A stretch of DNA of 64,000 nt from an uncultured Methanosarcinales archaeon (GTDB lineage Archaea > Nanobdellota > Nanobdellia > Woesearchaeales > BS150m-G63): positions 1 through 64,000 of the forward strand of contig CAZVVW010000005.1 of assembly GCA_964630685.1 (NCBI GenBank), in the 5' to 3' direction. A program made the position numbers and the translations under genes. The first letter of the stretch is position 1; each line of letters begins with the position of its first letter. The notes under the pieces were generated by a model. It had not been told where the DNA came from and did not search any database. It saw nothing but the letters and a program-made list of their open reading frames with translations. Below, piece by piece: positions 30,595-39,987 of the stretch.

Positions 30595-31803
30595 ATGGTA
30601 AACATAAAAAATTTAGATGAATTAGTTGTTGCAACCATTTCTAGAACTCATGAAGAATTTTCACAGAATGTTGCTGAGTATGTTGGACAACATGAAGATA
30701 TTGAAAATGTGATGGATCCAAGAATTTTTTCTGGTGGCGAATATAATTCAAAATTTAGATATGAGAATGGGGGGAAAACTGATTTAGAAGGGAAAGCAGT
30801 TTACCTTATTTCTACTCAAGGGCCTTTTCAGAATCCTCAAGATATGGCTATGCGTGCTTTTATTGCTGCGCGTACTGCAAAAGAAAATGGAGCTGGTGGA
30901 GTGTATCTTGTTGCTACTGATTTAAGTTATTCTAGACAAGATAGGGGTGCCAAAGAAGATGGAAGAATGATGGGAGAAGGTAATGCTGCCAAATTGTATT
31001 CTGAATTGTTAGCTCATTCAGGAGTTGATGGTGTTATAACTATGCATGGTCACAATAAAAAAATACGTGGTTTTTATAAAAAAGAAATAGGGAAAAATGG
31101 AGATAAAATATTTTTTGATGTCTGGCCATATAGTTTACTTGCACATTACTTAGTTACAAAATCTTCTTTGAAAATAAAAAACCGTGGAGAGAATATTGTT
31201 GTTGTTTCTCCCGATAAGGGCGCACGAAAATTTTCAGAAAAATTAAGAGATGCATTATATCTTAAAAATGTTGGAATGCTTTACCTCAATAAAGCCAGGC
31301 GAATGGTAAATAAGCCAGATGCTGTTACTATTGATAATCCTCAACTAGTTGGTGCTGATTCTCTCGAAGGAAAAACAATCATCTTTCCTGATGATATAAT
31401 AGATACTGGCGGAACACTAATGAAAACAGTGGATTGGTTAAATAACACTCATTGGGACCATGGATTGGGAATTCCTTCAAAATATTTCTTTTATTTTACT
31501 CATGCTGTCATGAGTGGCAAAGCACATAATGAAATACAGAATAAATTATCGAAATTAAATGCTCAGGAATTTATAACTACTAATACTAGGCCTTACATTA
31601 CTGATCAAAGAACATTTAGATTTAAGAAAAATTCTACTATCTTATGAGTTCCTAATCTTTTTGGTGATATTATTTTAAAGTATTTTAAGGGGGAAGATTT
31701 AGAGAATATTTATGATTTTAAAACAAAAAAAGAAATGATGAAAACTATGAAACCACTTTATGAAACTAAAAGAAGTTCTAGACATTTTATGAAAAAAAAG
31801 TGA
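30595..31803 (+). CDS. prs: ribose-phosphate pyrophosphokinase with in-frame TGA at 31645-31647
   Basis: FSGGE, YSRQDR, VSPDKGA, DDIIDTGGT, THAV; frame continues 51 codons after the TGA. Confidence 0.8.
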
Positions 31804-31828
31804 TTAAGAATTAATTGATGTTATGTGG

Positions 31829-33388
31829 TTAGCTATATTTCTTTAAACTCATTTGACCTTTTCTTCTTCCTTTTTTGACTTTTAATTTTGTGAAATCCTG
31901 GCCCACTTGTTTTTTTATATTTATTGCTGTGTTATTGCCTAAAAGTTGGGAGATTTTCATGAAATCTGCTTTTTTAACTCCTGAAACATCCTTGATATGG
32001 TTGTTGAATAATTTTCTTGCTCTCACTCTTCCAATATTTTTGAATTTTAATAGTGGAAGAAGCTCTTCTTTTGCACCATATTTTAATCTTAATCTTAATT
32101 TTATCATATCTGCTATCAGCCCTTTAAAATGAAGAATTTTTGATAGTTCTGTTGCTGTATATAATAACCAGTTTCCTCTTTCTAGTTTTGAAGCTATCTC
32201 CCCTGGTTTGATATCAAATTTTTCCAAGAGAAACTCTTCATCTTTTTCATGGACCCAATCTCTGAAAAATAATGCTGTTTTTATTGAGGACATAAATGTG
32301 CTGTATTCGTCATTATATTCAAATTCATAGATGGATGCGTCTTCTAATAGATTGTCTTCATGTCTTACTAAGGCTGATTCTACAAAATCAACATCTTTTC
32401 TTTTTACTCTTAATAATGGCCTAAGTTCCAGTGTGTTGCTAAGCATCTGGAAATAAGAAAAATCTGTTGGAGATTTTGAGGCTGCGTTTCTTAAACAATC
32501 TATGAAAAAGTTTGCTGTTAAAGGGTCAATATAGAGTTCAGCGACTCTTTTTCCTAATTTGGTTGAGTTTATTTTATAGTCTTCGTCTGCTGACATGAAA
32601 TCTTTTTTTTCTGTTTTTATAAATTCCCATTCTTCTAAAAGATCCATCATCTTATCGATTATTTTCTGAAGTTCCCACATGTCTTGATAATGATGTGCCC
32701 AAAAAGTTTTGCTGAAAAAGTTGAATAATTGATTTTTTGTTCCAACAAATTCTGATGCTATTAATGAAAGGATATATGTTCTAAGCACTGGTTCTGCAGC
32801 TAATTTGGAATAAATTGTTTCTGGTTTCCCTTTTAGATAAATTTCTTCTATTTCATCTTTTATTTTTTCTGTGTTGGCTATTGCTATTGACTCTCCGCAA
32901 TTATCAAATTTAGGTCTTCCTGCTCTTCCAGACATCTGAAGATATTCTAACACTGGGATATATTGCATTCCCCTATAAGTGAATCTTTTTAGGTCTCTTA
33001 TGATTACTCTAAATGCTGGAAGATCTAATCCATATGCTAGAGTAGGTGTTGAGCAAATTACTTTGATTACTCCATTTCTAAATGAATCCTCTATTAAACT
33101 TCTTTGAGCTGGGGCTAAACCTGCATGATGGAAAGCTATTCCTTTTTTTATACAAAATGCGAGTCTCTTGCACTGTTTTGTGGGTTTGCTTAATGCGTGT
33201 AGAATATCATATTCAATTTCTGCTAAATCTTCAATGGTTGATTGTTTTAGTGTTTTTGCCATCTCTTCTGCTGTTTTTTCTGTAGAACTTCTTGTATTTG
33301 CAAAAACTATTGCCTGTTTTTTTATGTTTATTGTTTCTAATGCTAGTGTTATTGCTGCTTGAGTATTATTTTCATTAGCTGAACTCAT
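31829..33388 (-). CDS. Hel308/Ski2-like helicase lacking the N-terminal RecA1 domain
   Basis: AFHHAGL, STPTLAYGLDLPA, QMSGRAGRP, IGRVRARKL present; Walker A and DEXH absent. Confidence 0.85.
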   Translation of the reverse strand: MSSANENNTQAAITLALETINIKKQAIVFANTRSSTEKTAEEMAKTLKQSTIEDLAEIEYDILHALSKPTKQCKRLAFCIKKGIAFHHAGLAPAQRSLIEDSFRNGVIKVICSTPTLAYGLDLPAFRVIIRDLKRFTYRGMQYIPVLEYLQMSGRAGRPKFDNCGESIAIANTEKIKDEIEEIYLKGKPETIYSKLAAEPVLRTYILSLIASEFVGTKNQLFNFFSKTFWAHHYQDMWELQKIIDKMMDLLEEWEFIKTEKKDFMSADEDYKINSTKLGKRVAELYIDPLTANFFIDCLRNAASKSPTDFSYFQMLSNTLELRPLLRVKRKDVDFVESALVRHEDNLLEDASIYEFEYNDEYSTFMSSIKTALFFRDWVHEKDEEFLLEKFDIKPGEIASKLERGNWLLYTATELSKILHFKGLIADMIKLRLRLKYGAKEELLPLLKFKNIGRVRARKLFNNHIKDVSGVKKADFMKISQLLGNNTAINIKKQVGQDFTKLKVKKGRRKGQMSLKKYS

Positions 33389-33444
33389 GAAAAAATAGTT
33401 TGTTATTAAGTTTATAAGTTTTATGTGGGGATGTCCAGTGAATA

Positions 33445-33750
33445 TTATTTAGAGATATAATCTTTTGCTTTTTTAAAATGTTTTTTGAGAATGGGAAAAT
33501 AAAAATCTTTTGCAGAAGTATTTGGCACAAAGAGCAATGAATTTTTAGTGTAATAGATTCTTTCGATGCTATTGAAATTGAACTGTGTTGGTTCACAAAT
33601 GTTGTGTAGGTTTTCTAGGTCTTCTTCTAATTGAGACAAACAACTACCTTTAGTGATTACTTGGTCTAAAGAAATGATGTAATCTTTAATCTCTTTTGTA
33701 GATCCAGAAATTAAAATTCTATAATTTTGTAGGTCTATTTTGTAATTCAT
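33445..33750 (-). CDS. hypothetical protein
   Basis: 101-aa ORF directly downstream of the tRNA pair. Confidence 0.55.
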   Translation of the reverse strand: MNYKIDLQNYRILISGSTKEIKDYIISLDQVITKGSCLSQLEEDLENLHNICEPTQFNFNSIERIYYTKNSLLFVPNTSAKDFYFPILKKHFKKAKDYISK

Positions 33751-33787
33751 TTTTGAAAATTAAAAAGGGATGGTGGTAGTAATAAAG

Positions 33788-33861
33788 TGGGCCCGCCGAG
33801 ATTTGAACTCGGGACCACTCGATTATCAGTCGAGCACTCTACCAGGCTAAGCTACGGGCCC
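33788..33861 (-). tRNA. tRNA-Ile(GAT)
   Basis: GGGCCCG acceptor, CTCGA-CTGATAA-TCGAG anticodon arm, TTCAAAT T-loop. Confidence 0.95.
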
Positions 33862-33870
33862 AAAAAAAGG

Positions 33871-33942
<72 letters not shown>

Positions 33943-34044
33943 ACAAAAAGATTTAAATTAAAATCTTTAAGCTATACTAAAAAATTTAATTTTCTAGTAT
34001 GCTGAGGATAAAAAACTAAAGTTTTATTTAAATAACTTTCGTTG

Positions 34045-34377
34045 TTATCCTAAGTTTTTATAGTAAATTATTATGTTTGTAAAGGGGGTTCCAGGTATAT
34101 GACTATACTTTCTTTGTTTAACAACATCTTGAAAAAGGTCATTATTTAAATCGATATCTAAAACAAGTTCATGTGCTCCTTGTTTATAACATTCTTTCTC
34201 TAACTTTTGTAACACATAATTTAAAGTATTTGAAGTTCTATTTTTTAAAGTGATATCTCCTGGCGCCGCACTTGCTGAACCTTTTTTGATAAAATAATCC
34301 ACATTTCCTAATTCTGTTTCTAGTCTTAATTCTTTATTTTTTGATTCTAACTTATTATTTAATTTATCATCTATCAT
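34045..34377 (-). CDS. hypothetical protein
   Basis: 110-aa ORF overlapping the radical SAM stop by 4 nt. Confidence 0.6.
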   Translation of the reverse strand: MIDDKLNNKLESKNKELRLETELGNVDYFIKKGSASAAPGDITLKNRTSNTLNYVLQKLEKECYKQGAHELVLDIDLNNDLFQDVVKQRKYSHIPGTPFTNIIIYYKNLG

Positions 34378-35861
34378 TTTTTAATTACCTCCCCAACTAC
34401 ACTTCTAAGCATGTAATTCACCACTTTTACATCATAAAATTCGTTTAGTTTAAGTCTTTTTCCTTTTATTCCCACGACTAATGGATATGTTCCAAACTGC
34501 CTACCAAATGTTGTGTTGCCGTCATAGATTTCCATCCTTACATCTTTTAATGTTGTGCCTTTTGGCACTAATTTTTTCAGTAAAGGGTTGTCTATTTCTC
34601 TTCTTAGCTGTTTTCTCCATTTCCAATAATATTTTTTGTTCTTTTTGATGAATTTTGTTCCTGCAGTATCATATAAAGTTGTGCCTTCAAAAGGGGTAAC
34701 TTGACGGATATTTATTCTTCTCAGTAGTAAGTTTTCATCTAAAATTTTATTTAGCCATTTCATGTTTTCTTGATGAGTGTCTTTGTTTTCTCCAATTAAC
34801 CCAAAAAGAATATTTATTCCTGGAAGAAAGTGAGGCATCCCACTTTTACCTCTTTTTGAACCTATTTTGTTTATGAGTTTAATTGCTTTATATGCAATTA
34901 AAGGTGTTGTGTTTAGGCAGTTCTTTTTCACGACCTCTTTATCAAAAGATTCTACACCTAAAGCCGCTACATTTCCTGAAGTGCAATATTTTACTATGAG
35001 TTTTGCTATTTTTTCTCCATCTTTTCCAACTATTTTATTTGGATTTACATTATCTATATGGAGGGTTTTTGGTTTAAGTTCGTGCGCTGCTTTTAGAATT
35101 TTTTCGATTTCCTTTAAATTTCCATTTTGATATGAGAAAAAGCATGTCTGTTTGCCAAAACGAAAATGTTCAATACCTTGTTTTTTTAGTTCTTTTAATT
35201 CTTCAATTATATCTTTTGACTGCCTGAACTGCACCTTGCTCTTTAAAGATTCTGTACAAAAAGAACATTTTCCAATATCACATCCTTTTCCAGTTTCTAT
35301 TTCTGCTATAACTTGCCAAGGAATCTGTTTTAGAATCTGTGCTCCTTGTTTTGCTTTTATTTCATCGTAATCGTTTATATTGAGGTAATTAAAATCTATT
35401 AAATCGAATGCTTTGGCGTTGTATTTTTCTGGTTTTCTTCCACCTTCTTGTGTAGAACCTATAAGTGCTGCTGGCCCTGTAAGAATTTTATAAGAGTTGA
35501 TATCTTTTATGTACTCTGTTATTTCTGATAATGTGCCTGGCACTGCGCTAAGATATTTTCCAGGAACATTAATTCCTGCAATGATTATTAGGTGAGTTGT
35601 TTTTTTAAGAATTTCATCGACTTTTTGGTGATTTTTTGTGAGATTGTATATTCTTTTATTTGTTTTTACTTCTTTTGATCTATCTGGCGCTATGGAGTTC
35701 TGTTTTTTCCAGAGTCTGATATCGTCTATTGTTAAATAAGAGGGATTATTACCTACATCTGTTAATGCTCCATAAATATACCTTGGGAATGTTCCTAAGT
35801 ATGGTGGCACCCCCAATCCAGATGGTTCATCAGTATAACAATCAATAATTGTGTAGTTCAT
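34374..35861 (-). CDS. radical SAM protein with C-terminal TRAM-like domain (uncharacterised archaeal family)
   Basis: IDCYTDEPSGLGVPPYLG, ETGKGCDIGKCSFC, LRRINIRQV, GRQFGTYP. Confidence 0.85.
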   Translation of the reverse strand: MNYTIIDCYTDEPSGLGVPPYLGTFPRYIYGALTDVGNNPSYLTIDDIRLWKKQNSIAPDRSKEVKTNKRIYNLTKNHQKVDEILKKTTHLIIIAGINVPGKYLSAVPGTLSEITEYIKDINSYKILTGPAALIGSTQEGGRKPEKYNAKAFDLIDFNYLNINDYDEIKAKQGAQILKQIPWQVIAEIETGKGCDIGKCSFCTESLKSKVQFRQSKDIIEELKELKKQGIEHFRFGKQTCFFSYQNGNLKEIEKILKAAHELKPKTLHIDNVNPNKIVGKDGEKIAKLIVKYCTSGNVAALGVESFDKEVVKKNCLNTTPLIAYKAIKLINKIGSKRGKSGMPHFLPGINILFGLIGENKDTHQENMKWLNKILDENLLLRRINIRQVTPFEGTTLYDTAGTKFIKKNKKYYWKWRKQLRREIDNPLLKKLVPKGTTLKDVRMEIYDGNTTFGRQFGTYPLVVGIKGKRLKLNEFYDVKVVNYMLRSVVGEVIKK

Positions 35862-35899
35862 ACGGGTTGTAGTAGAGTTTAGTTAATAAAAAAGTTTGG

Positions 35900-35935
35900 G
35901 TTATTGGAGTTATTGGAGTTATTGGAGTTATTGGA
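35900..35935. repeat. 9-bp tandem repeat (GTTATTGGA)x4
   Basis: Exact copies between two divergent promoters. Confidence 0.9.
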
Positions 35936-35969
35936 AATATTTATATAGGGTTAAGATTTTTTATATTCT

Positions 35970-36395
35970 ATGTTTTTAGAATTAATTCAAAACAAAATCG
36001 TGTTGAGTTGTTTTTTTGGATGGTTTTTTGTCCAATTGCTTAAAGGGATTTTGGTTTGTGTAAAAAAGGGGAAATTTGATGTTAAATATTTTTTCTTAAT
36101 GGGTCATATGCCAAGTTCTCATTCTAGTTTTGTTAGTGCTCTAACTGCTGGCGTGTTTTTAGAGCAAGGAGTCTCTTCATTATTTGTTGTGAGTGCTGTA
36201 TTTGCTCTTGTTATCATGAGAGACGCTTTTGGTGCAAGATATCAAATAGGAGAAAACGCTAAAGTGATTAATAAGATTGCCAAAAATAAATCTTCTAAAA
36301 ATAAATTAAAGGATGTTACAGGTCATAAATTTACAGAAGTTATTGTTGGAGCAATTCTTGGTATTGTTATTGCTGTGTTAATTTTTTCTTTCTAG
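35970..36395 (+). CDS. divergent PAP2 family protein (DUF212)
   Basis: GHMPSSHS, VIMRDAFGAR, GHKFTEVIVG. Confidence 0.9.
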   Translation: MFLELIQNKIVLSCFFGWFFVQLLKGILVCVKKGKFDVKYFFLMGHMPSSHSSFVSALTAGVFLEQGVSSLFVVSAVFALVIMRDAFGARYQIGENAKVINKIAKNKSSKNKLKDVTGHKFTEVIVGAILGIVIAVLIFSF

Positions 36396-36877
36396 AACAA
36401 AAATTTTAATAAGAAAAATATTAGTATTATTGCTAAAACTACAAATCCTAAATGTTTTGCCATTACTTTAAGAGATTCTTTTTTCCTTTGTGTTAGTTTT
36501 CCCTTTTTAGGTGCTTCTAATGAACCTGTGGGGATTCCATATAATGTTATTAAAGCTGCTTGTATTGCGAATATGTTTTGGTTTTTTGATGATAGGGCTA
36601 ATAAGATTGCAAGTGCAAAGTATGTTATTATACTCTTGTATTTGTTTTTCCAGTAGAACAATAGAATAAAAACTATTGAAGTGGTTATTGCAGAAAAGAT
36701 TATGTTTAAGTTATATAATTCCAACACTAGAAAAAGAACGAGTACTACAAAGATGTTCTGAAGTAAGTGAAAATACTTTTTTCCAGGTTTCATCTCTTCT
36801 GGGTTTGTGAATGAGAAAAAAACTCCTACTGGGAATCCAAAAAATGCTATTATTGGTGCTAAAAGGTAGTTTAACAT
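36392..36877 (-). CDS. membrane protein
   Basis: Multiple TM helices, PEEMKPGKKYF loop. Confidence 0.7.
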   Translation of the reverse strand: MLNYLLAPIIAFFGFPVGVFFSFTNPEEMKPGKKYFHLLQNIFVVLVLFLVLELYNLNIIFSAITTSIVFILLFYWKNKYKSIITYFALAILLALSSKNQNIFAIQAALITLYGIPTGSLEAPKKGKLTQRKKESLKVMAKHLGFVVLAIILIFFLLKFLF

Positions 36878-36920
36878 GTTTTAAATTATATTGTAATTCT
36901 ATATAAAAGTTTGGGGTAAC

Positions 36921-37613
36921 TTATTTGTTATCTTTTTTGTTTTTGTTTTTATTATTTTTTCTTTTTTTATGGTGGGGATTTTCTAAACCAATTAATTCAC
37001 ATATACCAAAATAAAGTGGACCTAATAATATATATGAAATTTGCATCCAAAGTGGTGCATGAATACAATTACAGAAAGGTAATCCAACATAACTTGCTGT
37101 TGCTAAATTTTTTATGTTAAATGTGTGGTATGCTGTTGCCTCAACAGAAATTAATAATAGCCAATAAAAAGCTGTAAAAAGAAGCATTTTTTTTATTAAA
37201 CTGTGTTTTTTTATTAGGTGTTCCCAGTGAGAATATATCAAATATGCTGCAAATAACCCTATCGCCCAAGTAAAAAGTGGATAAGAATTTAAACCAAAAA
37301 TTAATAACATTTTTTGATTATATCCATACTGTGAATTTGCAATTAACACCCACATTAATGAAACTGCAGACGCGATTAACAAATGGGTCACTGCCTTTTT
37401 TCTTGCTGTTAAAAATAAATAAGGATATAACAAAAAATAAACAGCAATCATCAAAAAATCAGGACGAAATACGCCAAGTAAAAGAACTATGATAATATAA
37501 AGAGCTTTATCTGCAATGATTAATTGATTTTCCCATTTATGAAACTTGTATTTAATTCTTTTTTTGGATGAATTAAATCTTTTGGATATCTCTTTTTTTA
37601 TTTGGTTTTTCAT
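36921..37613 (-). CDS. membrane protein
   Basis: About 6 TM helices. Confidence 0.7.
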   Translation of the reverse strand: MKNQIKKEISKRFNSSKKRIKYKFHKWENQLIIADKALYIIIVLLLGVFRPDFLMIAVYFLLYPYLFLTARKKAVTHLLIASAVSLMWVLIANSQYGYNQKMLLIFGLNSYPLFTWAIGLFAAYLIYSHWEHLIKKHSLIKKMLLFTAFYWLLLISVEATAYHTFNIKNLATASYVGLPFCNCIHAPLWMQISYILLGPLYFGICELIGLENPHHKKRKNNKNKNKKDNK

Positions 37614-37631
37614 ATGATTTTTGTTTTTGGA

Positions 37632-37880
37632 TTATCTCCATTCGCTGTGGCCAAACTGAACTAATAAATCAAAGCCAAGATGTTTTATGTTTGGCGTATC
37701 ACATGCTCCAAAACAAGAGCCTGCCCAGAGTACTGCTTGTGTGTTTGTTTTTTTATGAATCAAATCAGTTATCTCTTTTGCTTTTGGTTTTAATCCATCA
37801 GGTAATTGGATGCACACTAGTTTAGCTTTTTCTTTTTTTATTTTAGTGATTACTTTTTCCAGCTCAAGGTCATAGTTCAT
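37632..37880 (-). CDS. diphthamide synthesis Dph2-like protein, N-terminal domain only (82 aa)
   Basis: VCIQLPDGLK, SCFGACD, LLVQFGHS. Confidence 0.8.
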   Translation of the reverse strand: MNYDLELEKVITKIKKEKAKLVCIQLPDGLKPKAKEITDLIHKKTNTQAVLWAGSCFGACDTPNIKHLGFDLLVQFGHSEWR

Positions 37881-38074
37881 AAGATAAAAAAAGTGAAAGA
37901 TGTATAAAAAACTATCTAATGTTAGTTAATAGAAGAAGACAAAAGTTTTTTGTGAATTTTAGTCTTCTTCAAACATAGTAGAGGACATAAATTATTAGTA
38001 ATTTATGTACTCCTACTATAATAAGGTAAATTTTATATAGTTAATTACCTTTAGATAAATTATTCTACTTAAAA

Positions 38075-38218
38075 ATGGTTTTCAATTTGTTTGAGATTTT
38101 GAATGGAGAGAAGTGTCCTAGTTGCAATAATATTCTCCAGTGGGGAGTTACCACTAAATATGATAAAAAAGCAGACAAAGAAGTATGTATTAATTGTAAA
38201 AGTGTTCTTGGTGAATAA
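38075..38218 (+). CDS. 47-aa zinc-ribbon microprotein; not in ORF track
   Basis: CPSC..CINC pair; upstream TTTTATATA box. Confidence 0.65.
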   Translation: MVFNLFEILNGEKCPSCNNILQWGVTTKYDKKADKEVCINCKSVLGE

Positions 38219-38229
38219 TATTTTCTAAT

Positions 38230-39450
38230 TTATTTTAACTTATTTCTATTATTGTTCAAATGGAAAGTCCATAATAAAATAATTAGATTTATTACTAATA
38301 GTATTACAAAGAATATAAATGCTTCTTTTAATCCCCAAAAGTCAATTAGCCACCCTATGAAAGGTGCTGATAATGTGCAGAGCATACTTCCAGATAAATC
38401 TGATAATGCCATAACTGTTGCCCTGTGATGTGAACTTACGTGCTTGTTAATATAATCCATTATAATAGGATATTTTAGTCCTCCAACAAAAGAGGATATT
38501 AATAAGAATAGTGCTCCAAAATAAAGTATATTGAGACTCATTCCTGCATAAGCAAATATAGCTAAAGCTAGCATTATTAAAAGAATCTTTTTTTCTCCAA
38601 AAAATTCTTCTACTTTATGAGCTATTTTTGATGCAAATGCAGCTATAAAATCCATAAACATAAACACCACTCCAAAATAAATCAAAGGAATCTGTATCTG
38701 TTTCAAATAAGGTTGATAAACCATGAATGCGTTGAAAAATACTGCCCCAAATAGTGCTGCGTAGATTATGAAAAACTTCACCTTTGGATGAGTTATACTG
38801 AATTTTACTGCATCTTTTAGGTGGGTGATGTAATGCTGATCTCCGTGTTTGTATTTTTTTGTTTCTGTAAAACTCAAGGTTACTAAGATTGATAAAAACA
38901 CTGGAGGTATTACTGCAAAATAAGGAAGTCTTAAACTATATGTTGCTAAGTAACCCCCAACTAAAGCCGACAATCCCCACACTATATGACTAATAGTCAT
39001 TGTATTCCCATAAAGATGTTTGAATTTACTTTCTTGTTTCAATTCTTTTAATGTGTCATAAAAGAATGCTGTCCCTGAAGAGTTCCACAATGCAGCTGAT
39101 ATGGCCATGAATATTTCAGTTATTAAAAATGCAAAGAAAGTATGGCTCAATGCATAAAGTGTCCAACCTAGAGTGAAAAATATAGAATTTATCACTAATG
39201 CAGTTTTTCTTCCTATGTAATCTGCAAATATTCCTGCAGGTATTACTGCAAGCATAATTACTGCAGTATAGACTGCTTGTAAAATCATAACTTGAGTCAT
39301 ACTAAGTCCATTTTCTTGTAAGAATAATACAAATATTGGAATTACAAATATCATGCTAGAGAAAAATCTATACAAATAAAACTTCCAGATATTCTGTTTA
39401 AGTTTTTTTTCTCGTTCTATTGTCATATTTTTAGTTGACATTTTAGGCAC
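38230..39450 (-). CDS. MFS transporter
   Basis: About 12 TM helices, GIFADYIGRK motif A; true start may be ATG 39441 or 39426. Confidence 0.9.
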   Translation of the reverse strand: MPKMSTKNMTIEREKKLKQNIWKFYLYRFFSSMIFVIPIFVLFLQENGLSMTQVMILQAVYTAVIMLAVIPAGIFADYIGRKTALVINSIFFTLGWTLYALSHTFFAFLITEIFMAISAALWNSSGTAFFYDTLKELKQESKFKHLYGNTMTISHIVWGLSALVGGYLATYSLRLPYFAVIPPVFLSILVTLSFTETKKYKHGDQHYITHLKDAVKFSITHPKVKFFIIYAALFGAVFFNAFMVYQPYLKQIQIPLIYFGVVFMFMDFIAAFASKIAHKVEEFFGEKKILLIMLALAIFAYAGMSLNILYFGALFLLISSFVGGLKYPIIMDYINKHVSSHHRATVMALSDLSGSMLCTLSAPFIGWLIDFWGLKEAFIFFVILLVINLIILLWTFHLNNNRNKLK

Positions 39451-39575
39451 CCTATGAAATTTTAAAGAAATAAAATAAATCTATGGAGCTTAACCTAATT
39501 AGATAGGTCATTGTTAATGGTTTTAGCTCTCATAATAAATCACAAGGAAAAAGAAATTATTAGTAATATTTAAAG

Positions 39576-39914
39576 CTATCTTTTTTCAATCGGAGAGTTT
39601 CCGGTTTTGTATGTGAATCTGTTGAACTTTTTACATTTAAGACAATAATAAACTAAATGGCCATTATGAGTTCTTATTCTACAAGTTTTATCTGGCATTA
39701 GATAGCTATAGCAATGTTTACAGTATTGCCTTTTGTATTTTGAAGGTATTTTTACTTTATATCTCATTGCTAATTTTCTTGCGAGCTGAACATAACGATC
39801 TGATAATTTAGGATCTAATGAGAAATTTTCTTGAGCTTGCTCGAATAAGGTTTGAATTCTCTCTAAAACTATATTTCTGTGTGATGCTGGTTTTTTCTTA
39901 TGTTTTCTTACCAT
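39576..39914 (-). CDS. rnp4: ribonuclease P protein Rpp21
   Basis: ERIQTLF, RYVQLARKL, YCKHC..CLKC. Confidence 0.9.
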   Translation of the reverse strand: MVRKHKKKPASHRNIVLERIQTLFEQAQENFSLDPKLSDRYVQLARKLAMRYKVKIPSKYKRQYCKHCYSYLMPDKTCRIRTHNGHLVYYCLKCKKFNRFTYKTGNSPIEKR

Positions 39915-39987
39915 AATTTGGAATATGGAAAAAATAGTTTATAATATTTTGCAAAAAAATATAAACCAGGAGTTATTTTATTGATAT

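Noticed and set aside
31645..31647. Selenocysteine or genetic code 4/25 recoding
   Set aside because: TGA terminates many genes here, the position is not a catalytic Cys, and no Sec machinery is visible.
39483..39532. Riboswitch upstream of the MFS transporter
   Set aside because: A weak hairpin and a 12-codon uORF exist, but I cannot match a known aptamer consensus.
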